Below are positions 20,262 to 29,878 of a DNA stretch of 64,000 bases, one piece after another. The notes below the pieces were generated by a model, which was not told the DNA's origin, searched no databases, and saw nothing but the letters and a program-made list of their open reading frames with translations. Origin of the DNA: an uncultured Syntrophobacterales bacterium (GTDB lineage: Bacteria > Desulfobacterota > Binatia > UBA9968 > JAJDTQ01); NCBI GenBank assembly GCA_964438895.1, contig CAYTMJ010000006.1, positions 12,100-76,099 on the forward strand, in the 5' to 3' direction. Positions within the stretch are counted from its first letter, which is position 1. Each line of letters opens with the position of its first letter. The position numbers and the translations under genes were made by a program.

Positions 20262-22310
20262 TTAGACTAGGAGCGGTGCGATGACTAACGAAACCACTGA
20301 CATGAGCTTAATCAGGATGTTCATTGACGGTCCGGAGGTATCCTTCAAGGGATCACCAACAGTATCACCGACCACGGCCGCCTTGTGTGCTTCGCCACCC
20401 TTCTGCTCGTTCTCAAGATCACCGCGCTCGATAAATTTCTTGGCGTTGTCCCAAGCGCCACCAGCGTTAGACATGAAGAGCGCTAACAACACGCCCGAAA
20501 CCATCGCCCCGGCTAGTGTCCCACCCAAAGCCACCGGGCCCAGCGTTAACCCCACAACCACCGGCACAATCACCGCCACCAGCCCAGGCAACACCATCTC
20601 CTTGATAGCCGCGCGGGTAGAAATGTCCACGCAACTCGCTGCGTCGGGCTTGACCCCCTCGCGACCTTCCAGCAACCCGGGGATCTCACGGAACTGCCGG
20701 CGTATCTCGTCAATCATTCGTCCGGCTGCCCTCCCCACCGCGGTCATAGTCATGGCTCCAATGAGATACGGAATCAGGCCACCAATGAACAGGCCCACCA
20801 CTACCTCCGGGGAGGTCACCAGGATCTGAATCGGTTCTCGCCCCACCGCTGCTAGCTCGGTGTCCACCGTTCTCGTGTAGGCCGAGAATAGCGCCAATGC
20901 AGTCAACGCCGCCGACCCGATCGCAAAACCTTTGCCAATAGCCGCCGTAGTATTGCCCAACGAGTCGAGCCCGTCAGTGATCTTCCTCACCTCGGGACCC
21001 AAACCGCACATTTCGGATATACCACCAGCATTGTCAGCGATAGGGCCGTAGGCATCGACACTCATAGTGATACCCACCGTAGCCATCATCGCGACCGCCG
21101 CCATACCGATCCCATAGAGCTGAGCTGCACCGTGGGACACCCAAATGGCGACTGCAATCACCACGACCGGCGCCGCAACGCTCTCTAGACCCACGGCAAG
21201 ACCGTGAATGATGTTGGTGGCGTGACCAGTGCGGCTAGCCTCAGCAATGCGCTCCACCGGCTTTGCGGAAGTGTAGTACTCCGTAATAAGACCAATGAAG
21301 ATGCCACCCAACGAACCCGCAAGTACCGCCCAGAAGACGCCGATGGAAACTCCGTAGGAAAGAATGAGCGCCAGCGCTGCCCCTAGAAATAGTACCGTAG
21401 TAAGGACGGTAGCACCCCGCAATGCCGACTGCGGATCAATCTTCTTGAACACTCGCATGGAATAGATCCCCACCACCGAAGCAATGAGTCCTAATACTGC
21501 TAAGATCAGCGGTAGCGCCATCAATGTGGCCCGCGAAGCTTCTCCGGAGACCGAAAACAATCCAGCTAGCCCGTTAGGTGTAATAGTACTAGCGATAGCG
21601 ATGGATGCAATCACGGAGCCCACATATGACTCGAACAGGTCCGCGCCCATGCCAGCGACGTCGCCGACATTATCCCCGACATTGTCCGCGATCACACCAG
21701 GATTACGCGGATCGTCTTCTGGGATTCCCGCCTCGACTTTGCCTACGAGATCGGAGCCAACGTCCGCGGCCTTAGTGTAGATACCGCCGCCGACGCGGGA
21801 GAACAGTGCGATGGAACTGGCGCCCATAGCGAACCCGCTTATGTACTTAGCGTTCTGTACGTCACCATAGAGCAGAAACAGTACGCCCACACCCAAGAGA
21901 CCAAGGCTTGCGACTGAGAGACCCATCACTGACCCACCGTTAAAGGCCATGAGTAGCGCCGCCGCCTGGCCACTCTCCGCAGCCGCCTGAGAAGTGCGTA
22001 CGTTCGCCCGGGTGGCCGCTTTCATGCCGAGGAAGCCGGCGATAACCGAGCAAATTGCTCCCCCGAAGAACGCTAGAGCGGTGGCGACTCCGAGCTGCCA
22101 TGCCAGTAGCAACGCAACGACCACGACAAACACCGAGAGCACGGTGTACTCACGCCTCAGGAACGCCATGGCCCCCTCGTAAATGGAGTCACTCACGGAC
22201 TGCATTTCCGCATCCTTGACTCCCACTTTGACAATCGAGCGATAGACCCCGTATGCAATGAGTAGTCCAACAGCACCCAGCACGGGAGCCCAGACCGCTA
22301 AACCATCCAT
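20262..22310 (-). CDS. hppA: Membrane-bound H+(or Na+)-translocating pyrophosphatase (V-type PPase)
   Basis: Multi-TM product with conserved GGG..AAD..GDNVGD and DVGADL motifs. ATG at 22310 after a perfect AGGAGGTG Shine-Dalgarno. The ORF-track N-terminal extension is rejected. Confidence 0.9.
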   Translation of the reverse strand: MDGLAVWAPVLGAVGLLIAYGVYRSIVKVGVKDAEMQSVSDSIYEGAMAFLRREYTVLSVFVVVVALLLAWQLGVATALAFFGGAICSVIAGFLGMKAATRANVRTSQAAAESGQAAALLMAFNGGSVMGLSVASLGLLGVGVLFLLYGDVQNAKYISGFAMGASSIALFSRVGGGIYTKAADVGSDLVGKVEAGIPEDDPRNPGVIADNVGDNVGDVAGMGADLFESYVGSVIASIAIASTITPNGLAGLFSVSGEASRATLMALPLILAVLGLIASVVGIYSMRVFKKIDPQSALRGATVLTTVLFLGAALALILSYGVSIGVFWAVLAGSLGGIFIGLITEYYTSAKPVERIAEASRTGHATNIIHGLAVGLESVAAPVVVIAVAIWVSHGAAQLYGIGMAAVAMMATVGITMSVDAYGPIADNAGGISEMCGLGPEVRKITDGLDSLGNTTAAIGKGFAIGSAALTALALFSAYTRTVDTELAAVGREPIQILVTSPEVVVGLFIGGLIPYLIGAMTMTAVGRAAGRMIDEIRRQFREIPGLLEGREGVKPDAASCVDISTRAAIKEMVLPGLVAVIVPVVVGLTLGPVALGGTLAGAMVSGVLLALFMSNAGGAWDNAKKFIERGDLENEQKGGEAHKAAVVGDTVGDPLKDTSGPSMNILIKLMSVVSLVIAPLLV

Positions 22311-22320
22311 AACACCTCCT

Positions 22321-22887
22321 CTATTGAAGTCGGTTGAAATCTTCCATAGCCTGTGCCGGGCCCTTGAGCACGATTGCACCCACTGCCTCCCCGGCCTTCC
22401 GCAAAACACCGTCCAGTGGTTCCTGTTCCTCGGGCGAGAACCGGTTCAGCACAAAGTCCACAGGGTCTATGCCTGCAGGTGGACGTCCGATCCCAACACG
22501 CAGTCGAACGAATTCACGGTCAGCTACGTACTGCAGGATGGACATGATACCCCGATGCCCGCCCGCCGAACCGCCACAACGAATCCTAAGGCGCCCGAAG
22601 GGCAGATCTAGGTCGTCGTAAACCACCAATAAGTCCGCTGCCTGGATCTGAAAACGTTTCACTAGCGCCGCCACCGCGAGGCCACTATTGTTCATGTAGG
22701 TCTGCGGCTTGGCGAGCACTAGAGTTTCCTGATCCCACTGGCCCCGACCTATTAATGACTCGCTCCGCTCGTCGGTGACGTGGATGGCCCGAGCATCGGC
22801 GATTTGGTCCAGCAACATAAACCCGAGATTGTGTCGCGTGCGTTCGTATCGCCGACCCGGGTTGCCCAAACCCACTAGCAGCTTCAC
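22321..22887 (-). CDS. pth: Peptidyl-tRNA hydrolase
   Basis: LLVGLGNPG...[10 protein letters not shown]...NNSG...GGHRGI motifs. GTG at 22887 after GGAG. The track extension would overlap rplY. Confidence 0.85.
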   Translation of the reverse strand: MKLLVGLGNPGRRYERTRHNLGFMLLDQIADARAIHVTDERSESLIGRGQWDQETLVLAKPQTYMNNSGLAVAALVKRFQIQAADLLVVYDDLDLPFGRLRIRCGGSAGGHRGIMSILQYVADREFVRLRVGIGRPPAGIDPVDFVLNRFSPEEQEPLDGVLRKAGEAVGAIVLKGPAQAMEDFNRLQ

Positions 22888-22945
22888 GGAGGTGACTCCA
22901 TAAATGAGCCCAAGGACGTCCGGTAATCCCCAACGTGTGCGGGGG

Positions 22946-23611
22946 TCACTCGCTGCCCTGTTCCGCGCCGTCCGCGGGCTCCGCCGCATGGCCCTCGGCA
23001 GTTTCAGCAGTTTCCTCCGCAGCTTCAGTCTCCAACTCTTCTTCCGCAGCAATGACCGTAGGCGCCAACACCGATACCAGCGCTAGGTCCGGAGTGCTAT
23101 TAGTTACATTGGGCGGCAGCGTAATATCGCCGACCTTGAGTCCGTGGCCGATTTCCAATGGTGAGACATCGACCTCGATCTGCGCCGGGATGTCCATAGG
23201 CAAGCACTCCACCTCCAATTCCCGAACAATGGGTTGCAAAACGCCTCCCTGCACGACCCCCTCAGCCCGTCCCACAAAACGAACACCGACCATAACGGTA
23301 ATCTTTCGCGACACGTCTACCTCATAGAAATCGATGTGGGCGACTGCGTGGGTCACAGGGTGATACTGAATGTTCTTAATTAGGACAAGCCTACCGTCGA
23401 GAGTATCAACCGACGACTTAAACCGGAGCAAATGGGAGCCCTCTAAGCTTCCGAGGCGGCTCTTAAGCTCCCGGTCATCGACCTGCATAGCGAGACCATC
23501 CGTACCCCGCCCATACACAATCCCCGGAAGCATCCCGTTGCGGCGTAGGCGGCCAGCATCGCGCTTGTTTCCTACCCGCCTCACCTCTACCGAAACTTCT
23601 ACCGTTTCCAA
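22946..23611 (-). CDS. rplY: 50S ribosomal protein L25 / general stress protein Ctc
   Basis: TTG start after AGGAGG. L25 beta-barrel domain followed by an acidic Ala/Glu-rich tail. Confidence 0.85.
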   Translation of the reverse strand: METVEVSVEVRRVGNKRDAGRLRRNGMLPGIVYGRGTDGLAMQVDDRELKSRLGSLEGSHLLRFKSSVDTLDGRLVLIKNIQYHPVTHAVAHIDFYEVDVSRKITVMVGVRFVGRAEGVVQGGVLQPIVRELEVECLPMDIPAQIEVDVSPLEIGHGLKVGDITLPPNVTNSTPDLALVSVLAPTVIAAEEELETEAAEETAETAEGHAAEPADGAEQGSE

Positions 23612-23647
23612 ACCTAACCTCCTGACAACGTGCTGTGAATATTTCGA

Positions 23648-24598
23648 TCAGAAAAGGGAGCTAATGGACCGCTCCAGGTGAGTCCTACGTATTGCCTCCC
23701 CGATAAGGGGCGCTACAGACAAAGGTTTTAACTTATCACACTCCGCCATCTTAGCGCTCAAGGGGACGGTGTCGGTAACCACCATCTCCTCCATCGGCGA
23801 CTCGTTTATCCGGTCTAATGCTTTTCCAGAAAGGATGGCGTGGGTGCAGCAGCCGATAACCTTCTTGGCACCCGCCCTCACCAGCGCCTCCGCAGCCATG
23901 GCTATGGTACCAGCCGTGTCCACCATATCGTCAATTAGAATGGTGGTCTTCCCTTCCACCTCACCAATGATGTTCATCTCCTCCACCACGTTGGCGTCGG
24001 CCCTACGCTTATCGATGACGGCCATCGCCACATTCAACTTAGTGGCGAACGCCCGCGCCCGCTGGGCCCCGCCCGCGTCCGGAGACACAACGATAGAATT
24101 CTCGTTGCCTATGCGGGTTCCCAGGTACTGCAGTAACACCGGTGAAGCATAAAGGTTGTCTACCGGAATGTTAAAGAACCCCTGAATCTGGCCCGAGTGA
24201 AGATCCATCGTAAGCATGCGAGAAGCGCCCGCCGTGGTGATAAGGTCCGCCACCAGTTTGGCGCTGATGGGCACACGGGGGGCTACTTTGCGGTCCTGCC
24301 GCGCGTAGCCATAGTAGGGGATCACCGCAGTGACTCGCTTGGCCGACGCGCGCCTGAAGGCATCCAGCATAATAAGCAGCTCCATCAGGTTGTCGTTTCC
24401 TGGGGCGCAAGTGGACTGGATAACAAAAACGTCACAGCCACGTACGTTCTCCTTGATCTCTACCCGGATTTCGCCGTCACTAAACGTCTCTACTAACGCC
24501 TCCCCTATAGGAACTTCGAGGCCGTCGCAGATGTCGCGCGCAAGCGGAGCATTGGAATTCCCCGCAAAAACCCTCATTTCATCGTACAACGATCCCAT
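23648..24598 (-). CDS. prs: Ribose-phosphate pyrophosphokinase
   Basis: ...VFAGNSNAPLA...GEI.V.I.ENVRGCDVFVIQS... and the DLHSGQIQGFF PRPP-binding motifs. Confidence 0.9.
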   Translation of the reverse strand: MGSLYDEMRVFAGNSNAPLARDICDGLEVPIGEALVETFSDGEIRVEIKENVRGCDVFVIQSTCAPGNDNLMELLIMLDAFRRASAKRVTAVIPYYGYARQDRKVAPRVPISAKLVADLITTAGASRMLTMDLHSGQIQGFFNIPVDNLYASPVLLQYLGTRIGNENSIVVSPDAGGAQRARAFATKLNVAMAVIDKRRADANVVEEMNIIGEVEGKTTILIDDMVDTAGTIAMAAEALVRAGAKKVIGCCTHAILSGKALDRINESPMEEMVVTDTVPLSAKMAECDKLKPLSVAPLIGEAIRRTHLERSISSLF

Positions 24599-24630
24599 GG
24601 TTTACCTTGGCTACTGCAGAAAAACTTGTT

Positions 24631-24643
24631 GGCGCCTTGCGCC
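24631..24643 (-). terminator. Candidate intrinsic terminator or attenuator hairpin downstream of tRNA-Gln
   Basis: GGCGCAAGGCGCC on the minus strand followed by AACAAGTTTTTCT. The stem is short, so confidence is low. Confidence 0.2.
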
Positions 24644-24677
24644 TCGACAGCTCACCGTCCCATCGGAGATGGAAGCT

Positions 24678-24752
24678 TGGCTGGGCGGGAAGGATTCGAA
24701 CCTTCGAATACCGGAACCAAAATCCGGCGCCTTACCACTTGGCGACCGCCCA
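24678..24752 (-). tRNA. tRNA-Gln (anticodon UUG), 75 nt with encoded CCA
   Basis: Reverse complement gives TGGGCGGTCGCCAAGTGGTAAGGCGCCGGATTTTGGTTCCGGTATTCGAAGGTTCGAATCCTTCCCGCCCAGCCA. It folds with a 7-bp acceptor stem, a CCGGA/TCCGG anticodon stem with loop TTTTGGT, and a GAAGG/CCTTC T-stem with a TTCGAAT loop. Confidence 0.9.
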
Positions 24753-24792
24753 TCCCGCCCATCGGCGTCCGAGTGCCCCCTGCGGGGATTGA

Positions 24793-25074
24793 CTATGTTT
24801 CCCGATCCTGGCCTATATCCCGCGTTGTAACTTCCCAGTATGTTGCGATAATTCTTCCCTCAATCATTCGACGGGTCTCGCTGTTGAGCGGATGTGCCAC
24901 ATCCCTATAGATTCCATCCCGGCGTCTCTTACTAGGCATTGAAACGAACAGGCCCGACGTTCCGCCAATAAACTTGAGAACCCGAACGACGAAGCAGTCA
25001 TCCAGGGTAATAGTCACATAAGCCTTCAGCTTCTCCTCTTCCGCAGAAAAGACCTTGACTTCGGTGACCTCCAC
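24793..25074 (-). CDS. spoVG: Septation protein SpoVG
   Basis: MEVTEVKVF...DIAHPLNSETR...-type sequence, 93 aa. Confidence 0.85.
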   Translation of the reverse strand: MEVTEVKVFSAEEEKLKAYVTITLDDCFVVRVLKFIGGTSGLFVSMPSKRRRDGIYRDVAHPLNSETRRMIEGRIIATYWEVTTRDIGQDRET

Positions 25075-25112
25075 AGGGGCCCCCTTTCCGTCATGGGACG
25101 GACGGACTACCC

Positions 25113-25961
25113 TTATGTCAGCGAAAAAGCCAGGAATGCACGGATGTCTTTTTCGCCCTTGAAGCCCACGAATGACCTTTTGGCATCTCCCTGATCAGCA
25201 AACAGCCCAAAAACACAAGAGCCACTACCAGACATCAGACTACCGATTGCCCCGCTCTCTTTCAGGCGAGCCTTGAGGCCAGCAATGTGCGGATAGTGAT
25301 TGACGATTACCGTTTCAAGGTCATTGAACATAACCTGAGCGACTTCGTGGGGTGTGTCCAAGTTTCCGATTAAGTTATTATTGTTCGACGAATTTGTCAA
25401 CTTGAACCGGAAGTTACGGTAGGCCCAAGCGGTGGAAATTGGAAAGTTTGGAAACAGCACCACCATCCAAAGTTTAGGCAGCGGTCCTGCAGGGCTCAAC
25501 TGCTCTCCGATTCCCCGAACCCGAGCGGCCTCACCAAGAATGAAAAAGGGTACATCTGCACCCACCGACACTGCCAAGGCCACAAGTTCCTGAGTGGAAA
25601 GGCCCGCACCGAAAAGTTCGTTCATGCCGCGCAGAACAGCTGCGGCATTAGTGCTACCCCCTCCCAGGCCAGCACCCATCGGGATACGCTTGCGAATCTC
25701 AACCGCAACAGGAGCCCACTCATCGGTCCGTTCCCGAAACACACGGACGGCCCTATGGACCGTGTTCTCTTCCCCGAGTGGCACATCGGAATTGTCAGTC
25801 CACAGCGTAAACGAACCAGGCCTCCCCTCCACCCGCGTGAGACTCAAGTCATCACCCAGGCTGATGGGAACCATCAAGGAGTCCAGCAGGTGGTAGCCAT
25901 CGCCACGCCGGCCGGTGATACGGAGGTAAAGATTTACCTTGGCGGGCGCAAACAGCTTCAT
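25113..25961 (-). CDS. ispE: 4-diphosphocytidyl-2-C-methyl-D-erythritol kinase
   Basis: KVNLYLRITGRR.DGYH.L.S and the GHMP-kinase motif PMGAGLGGGS. Confidence 0.85.
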   Translation of the reverse strand: MKLFAPAKVNLYLRITGRRGDGYHLLDSLMVPISLGDDLSLTRVEGRPGSFTLWTDNSDVPLGEENTVHRAVRVFRERTDEWAPVAVEIRKRIPMGAGLGGGSTNAAAVLRGMNELFGAGLSTQELVALAVSVGADVPFFILGEAARVRGIGEQLSPAGPLPKLWMVVLFPNFPISTAWAYRNFRFKLTNSSNNNNLIGNLDTPHEVAQVMFNDLETVIVNHYPHIAGLKARLKESGAIGSLMSGSGSCVFGLFADQGDAKRSFVGFKGEKDIRAFLAFSLT

Positions 25962-25998
25962 GGACTAAGGGCTCTGCCAAGACACCGGAAGGGGGTGA

Positions 25999-27090
25999 TC
26001 ACCACGGCTTGATCAGCGCCTTGGTCGGGAACATCTCCGGAATCTCGCCACCTACGGCCTGGATGCACTTTTCAGTCTCGTCCAGGGAGAATACGTGGCT
26101 CACCATCTGTTCCACCGGGAAGCCGGTAGTTTCCATCAAGCGGAGGGTGGCATCAATGGCATCGTTGTCGCCAACATATGCTCCCTGAATACAGATCTCG
26201 CCCCATACCAACCGATCCATGAGCATGGGCGTGACCGTATTGTCACCCGTCAGTCCGCCAAGGACCAACTTTCCCTGCCGCCGGAGACAATCCACTGAGG
26301 TACGGATGGCGTTCGGATTTCCTGAGACGTCCACTACCACGTCGGCCATGGCGCCGTCAGTTTCCTCTCGAATAACGTCTACAACGTTTTCCTTTTCAAC
26401 GTTGATTGTACGATGTGCACCGAACTGTTCAGCCACTTCCAAACGGTTCTTGTCGCGCCCTATACCGGCAACAAAGATCCGGGCGGCGCCAGCATGCTTC
26501 GACGCGAAAGTGCACGCCAGGCCTTGCTGACCCGGTCCCTGGATCAGAACATAATCCCCCATCTTGACGCCACCACGGCGGAGTGCCCACTGAAACCCGT
26601 TGGCCATCACCGCTCCGATAAGGGCTGCGGCTTCCGGCGGAAGCTCATCGCTGATTCGGGTGAGTAGCGCGGTGGGTGTGATGTATAGGTACTCAGCAAA
26701 ACCACCGAAGAGATGTGGCGGGTCCGCAGACGACATCCTCGAGCCGTAGGCCGAACGGCGCTTACAAAACCGGTCACCGCCACGCCGACAGTCCGCGCAA
26801 CGGCCACACCCGAGGGATCCCTTCAGTATCACACGGTCGCCTTCCTTGACGCCATGAATCTCAGCCGCCCTGGCACCTAACTTCTCCACCCTCCCCAATA
26901 TCTCGTGGCCCAAGATGATCGGTATCGGTAAGTTGAGCTTACCGGTGTAATATTTATAGTCTGTACCGCAAACCCCACCCATCTCCACCTTCAGCAGTCC
27001 CCCGTCTGGCGGAACCTCCGGTACCGGGTATTCCCGAACCTCAATCTTGCCAGGCGCTACTAAGGTCGCCGCTCGACACGTTGTACTCAT
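25999..27090 (-). CDS. Zn-dependent alcohol dehydrogenase (MDR superfamily), paralog 1
   Basis: GGVCGTD...GHE catalytic-Zn motif, structural-Zn CGRCADCRRG..C, GPGQQGL Rossmann fold. ATG at 27090 (GGGAG Shine-Dalgarno). Confidence 0.8.
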   Translation of the reverse strand: MSTTCRAATLVAPGKIEVREYPVPEVPPDGGLLKVEMGGVCGTDYKYYTGKLNLPIPIILGHEILGRVEKLGARAAEIHGVKEGDRVILKGSLGCGRCADCRRGGDRFCKRRSAYGSRMSSADPPHLFGGFAEYLYITPTALLTRISDELPPEAAALIGAVMANGFQWALRRGGVKMGDYVLIQGPGQQGLACTFASKHAGAARIFVAGIGRDKNRLEVAEQFGAHRTINVEKENVVDVIREETDGAMADVVVDVSGNPNAIRTSVDCLRRQGKLVLGGLTGDNTVTPMLMDRLVWGEICIQGAYVGDNDAIDATLRLMETTGFPVEQMVSHVFSLDETEKCIQAVGGEIPEMFPTKALIKPW

Positions 27091-27348
27091 GAAGTCACTC
27101 CCCACCCCGTTGTCAACCAGGACCCTCACCAACCAGACATGCGTCGCGTCGTCAAATCGTGGGACCCTCTATGAGTAGCGCGGCTAACATCATGGGTGTT
27201 CAACGACAGTCCGCGGTGTGATTCACGGTCCCGATCAGCCGCCCGTTGCTTACAGGACAGAGTGCCACAGCCACGGCAAAACCACCCACCGACATCAGGA
27301 CTTCGCCCGCGCTACTCGCGATCCACAATATGCGTACACCACAACCGC

Positions 27349-28437
27349 CTAGGGCTTGATCAGCGCCTTGGTCGGGAACATCTCCGGAATCTCGCCACCT
27401 ACGGCCTGGATGCACTTTTCAGTCTCGTCCAGGGAGAATACGTGGCTCACCATTTCCTCCACAGGGAACCTGGTAGCCTCGATAAGCCTCATAGTGGCCT
27501 CCACCGCGTCATTGTCGCCAGTGAAGCACCCCTGCAGCTTGATCTCACCCCACACGAGCTTATCCATGTGGACCTCGGTCACCGTCTTATCACCGGTAAG
27601 ACCAGCCAACACCATAGTCCCCTGGCGACGCAGACAATCTATAGACGCGAGAATTGCCTTGGGGTTCCCGGACACGTCCACTACCACGTCGGCCATGGCG
27701 CCGTCGGTTTCCTCTCGAATAACGTCTACAACGTTCTCATTCTCTACGTTAATGATCCGGTCAGCGCCCCACTTCTTCGCCAGCTCCATCCGGGGGGCGT
27801 CGCGGCCGATGCCGGACACGAATATCTTAGCCGCACCCGCGTGCTTCGACGCGAAGGTGCACGCCAGGCCTTGCTGGCCCGGTCCCTGGATCAGAACATA
27901 ATCCCCCATCTTGACGCCACCACGGCGGAGTGCCCACTGAAACCCGTTGGCCATCACCGAACCAATCAGGGCCGCCGCCTCGGCAGGGAGATCGTCGCTA
28001 ATCTTGGTCATCAGCACGTCCGGCGCCAGATAAAGATAATCGGCAAAGCCACCGAACAGGTGGGGCGGATTAGCGCTAGTGGTACGCCCACCATAGTTAG
28101 TTCGATTTCTGCAGAACCGTTGCGCGTTACGCCGGCAATCGTTGCAACGACCGCAACCAATGGCGCCCTTAAGGATAACGCGGTCACCTTCCTTTACTCC
28201 GTGGATCTGCGCCGCCTTGGCACCGAGCTTGTCTACCCGGCCTAGGATCTCGTGGCCAAGTATGATCGGAAGGGGCAGATTGATCCGCCCATGGTAGTAC
28301 TTCACGTCCGAACCACAAACTCCCCCCATCTCCACCTTGAGCAATCCGCCATCGTCGGGAATGTCGGGTATGGGATATTCCCGGATCTCGAGCTTGTTGG
28401 GAGCAAGTAACGTTGCCGCCCTGCTTGTCTGTCCCAT
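27349..28437 (-). CDS. Zn-dependent alcohol dehydrogenase (MDR superfamily), paralog 2
   Basis: About 75% identical to paralog 1 with the same motifs. Strong Shine-Dalgarno AAGGAGGT. Confidence 0.8.
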   Translation of the reverse strand: MGQTSRAATLLAPNKLEIREYPIPDIPDDGGLLKVEMGGVCGSDVKYYHGRINLPLPIILGHEILGRVDKLGAKAAQIHGVKEGDRVILKGAIGCGRCNDCRRNAQRFCRNRTNYGGRTTSANPPHLFGGFADYLYLAPDVLMTKISDDLPAEAAALIGSVMANGFQWALRRGGVKMGDYVLIQGPGQQGLACTFASKHAGAAKIFVSGIGRDAPRMELAKKWGADRIINVENENVVDVIREETDGAMADVVVDVSGNPKAILASIDCLRRQGTMVLAGLTGDKTVTEVHMDKLVWGEIKLQGCFTGDNDAVEATMRLIEATRFPVEEMVSHVFSLDETEKCIQAVGGEIPEMFPTKALIKP

Positions 28438-28486
28438 CGCTTACCTCCTTGATAGGCCTTACGACTGTTCCAGAGCGTTCTCCGGT

Positions 28487-29842
28487 TCAGTCTATATAAT
28501 CTTCCAACCGAACCCGCTCTCGCACCGCCTTCGGCACTGCGAGCCGCCTGGGGAAGTCCTTCCGCTTCTTGGTGGCATCGATAACCATTTTAGCCGTCAT
28601 GCCCCCCTCTCCACTCGAGGGGTCGGTCTCCGACCCCTGACAATGGGGAATAATCAAGGTATCGGTGTCCGCCTGGACACGATTCGCCACCGCCCACATC
28701 ACATCACGTTCGTTGTATACGTCCACATCACCGTCCACAACGACCACCAACTTGAGATATAGGTCTGTTGCCATGGCCGCCATTACTGCATTGCGAACCT
28801 CACCGTCGGAGCGTTTATCGAGGGAGATATAGCAGTGGAATCGAGAGCACCCCGACGTCGGCATATGTACAGCACGGGTACCGGCAGCCACTGCCTTCAC
28901 CGCTCTAAAAATCGCAGCTTCCCGCGGAATAGACCCCATCAACCGTTGCTCCGAGTGGCCGGTAAAAATATCCTGGTAGAGCGGCATCCGCCGAGACGTG
29001 AGTCCGGTGATTTCCGCCACGTGATTCCTGCGCACACCTACCGCGTGTCCTGTGAATTCGCCAAAGGGCCCTTCCTCTTCCCGTACATTGGGTAAGATCT
29101 GTCCCTCCAACACAATCTCGGCATGCGCCGGAACCTCTAAAGATACGGTTTCACACCGCACTAACGGTATTGCCTCCTGCATCATACCACCAATGACATC
29201 GTACTCGTCCACGTCAAAGGGCGCCAGGGACAACGCGCCGATGGCAAAAGCCGGGTGTACACCGACAATGAACGCTATATCCAGTGACTCGCCCCTCTCC
29301 TCGGCATTGCGCTGACAGCGCATAAGGTGCATTCCCGGTGCGAGGTGCATACGCAAACGGTTCCGTCCCACCATCATCGCTCGGTTGAAGCTTAGATTGC
29401 GCACGCCAGTCACGGGGTCCCTGGCAACAACAACACCCGCCGTCACATATGGGGCGGTACTGACGTCGAAATGCGTGAGCAGTGGGACCTCACCCAAATC
29501 CACATCAGTTTCCGTACGCACCACCTCCTTGACCGGACCGTCCTCGGTGAGCCTCGGTGGGATCGGATTGCCTTCCCGTTGCCGGTACTCGTCCACCAGG
29601 TCGCTAGGGTCCACGCCTAACGCCATGGCCAGACGGCGGCGAGTGGCGTGGAGGTTGGTGATCACAGGGATCGAGAATCCCTCTACCTCGTGGACAAACA
29701 GAGTAGGAAATCGGCCGGAGTCCTCCAAATCCATGAGCAGGCTGGTCACGACGTATTCGGGACTCACGGCCTTACGGATGTGCAGAAGTTCCCCGGCCCC
29801 CTCATTGTCTAGGCGGTCTAAAAATGACCGCAGGTCTTTCAT
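28487..29842 (-). CDS. UbiD-family (prFMN-dependent) decarboxylase
   Basis: 451 aa covering the full UbiD fold (…GPFGEFTGH…, E(x)4E-like acid patch). GGAGAGA Shine-Dalgarno. Confidence 0.85.
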   Translation of the reverse strand: MKDLRSFLDRLDNEGAGELLHIRKAVSPEYVVTSLLMDLEDSGRFPTLFVHEVEGFSIPVITNLHATRRRLAMALGVDPSDLVDEYRQREGNPIPPRLTEDGPVKEVVRTETDVDLGEVPLLTHFDVSTAPYVTAGVVVARDPVTGVRNLSFNRAMMVGRNRLRMHLAPGMHLMRCQRNAEERGESLDIAFIVGVHPAFAIGALSLAPFDVDEYDVIGGMMQEAIPLVRCETVSLEVPAHAEIVLEGQILPNVREEEGPFGEFTGHAVGVRRNHVAEITGLTSRRMPLYQDIFTGHSEQRLMGSIPREAAIFRAVKAVAAGTRAVHMPTSGCSRFHCYISLDKRSDGEVRNAVMAAMATDLYLKLVVVVDGDVDVYNERDVMWAVANRVQADTDTLIIPHCQGSETDPSSGEGGMTAKMVIDATKKRKDFPRRLAVPKAVRERVRLEDYID

Positions 29843-29878
29843 AGGATCTCTCCGTTGTCGCGGCCGCGAAATCCCCGA

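Larger units (their letters stand above)
25999..28437. repeat. Tandem gene duplication (two ADH paralogs) with mosaic identical tracts
   Basis: 26006-26106 is identical over 101 nt to 27353-27453. A further ~60-nt tract (~26326-26390 vs ~27674-27738) and a ~118-nt tract (~26497-26614 vs ~27847-27964) are near-identical. The intervening segments have diverged. Confidence 0.85.

Noticed and set aside
22310-22409. N-terminal extension of the H+-PPase ORF in the track (start at 22409)
   Set aside because: An internal ATG at 22310 has a perfect AGGAGGTG Shine-Dalgarno and yields the canonical PPase N-terminus. The extension would overlap pth.
27196-28245. 349-aa ORF on the + strand
   Set aside because: It is fully antisense to the ADH paralog 2 gene, which has clear motif-level homology, and it has no recognisable domains. 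Long antisense ORFs are expected at about 60% GC.
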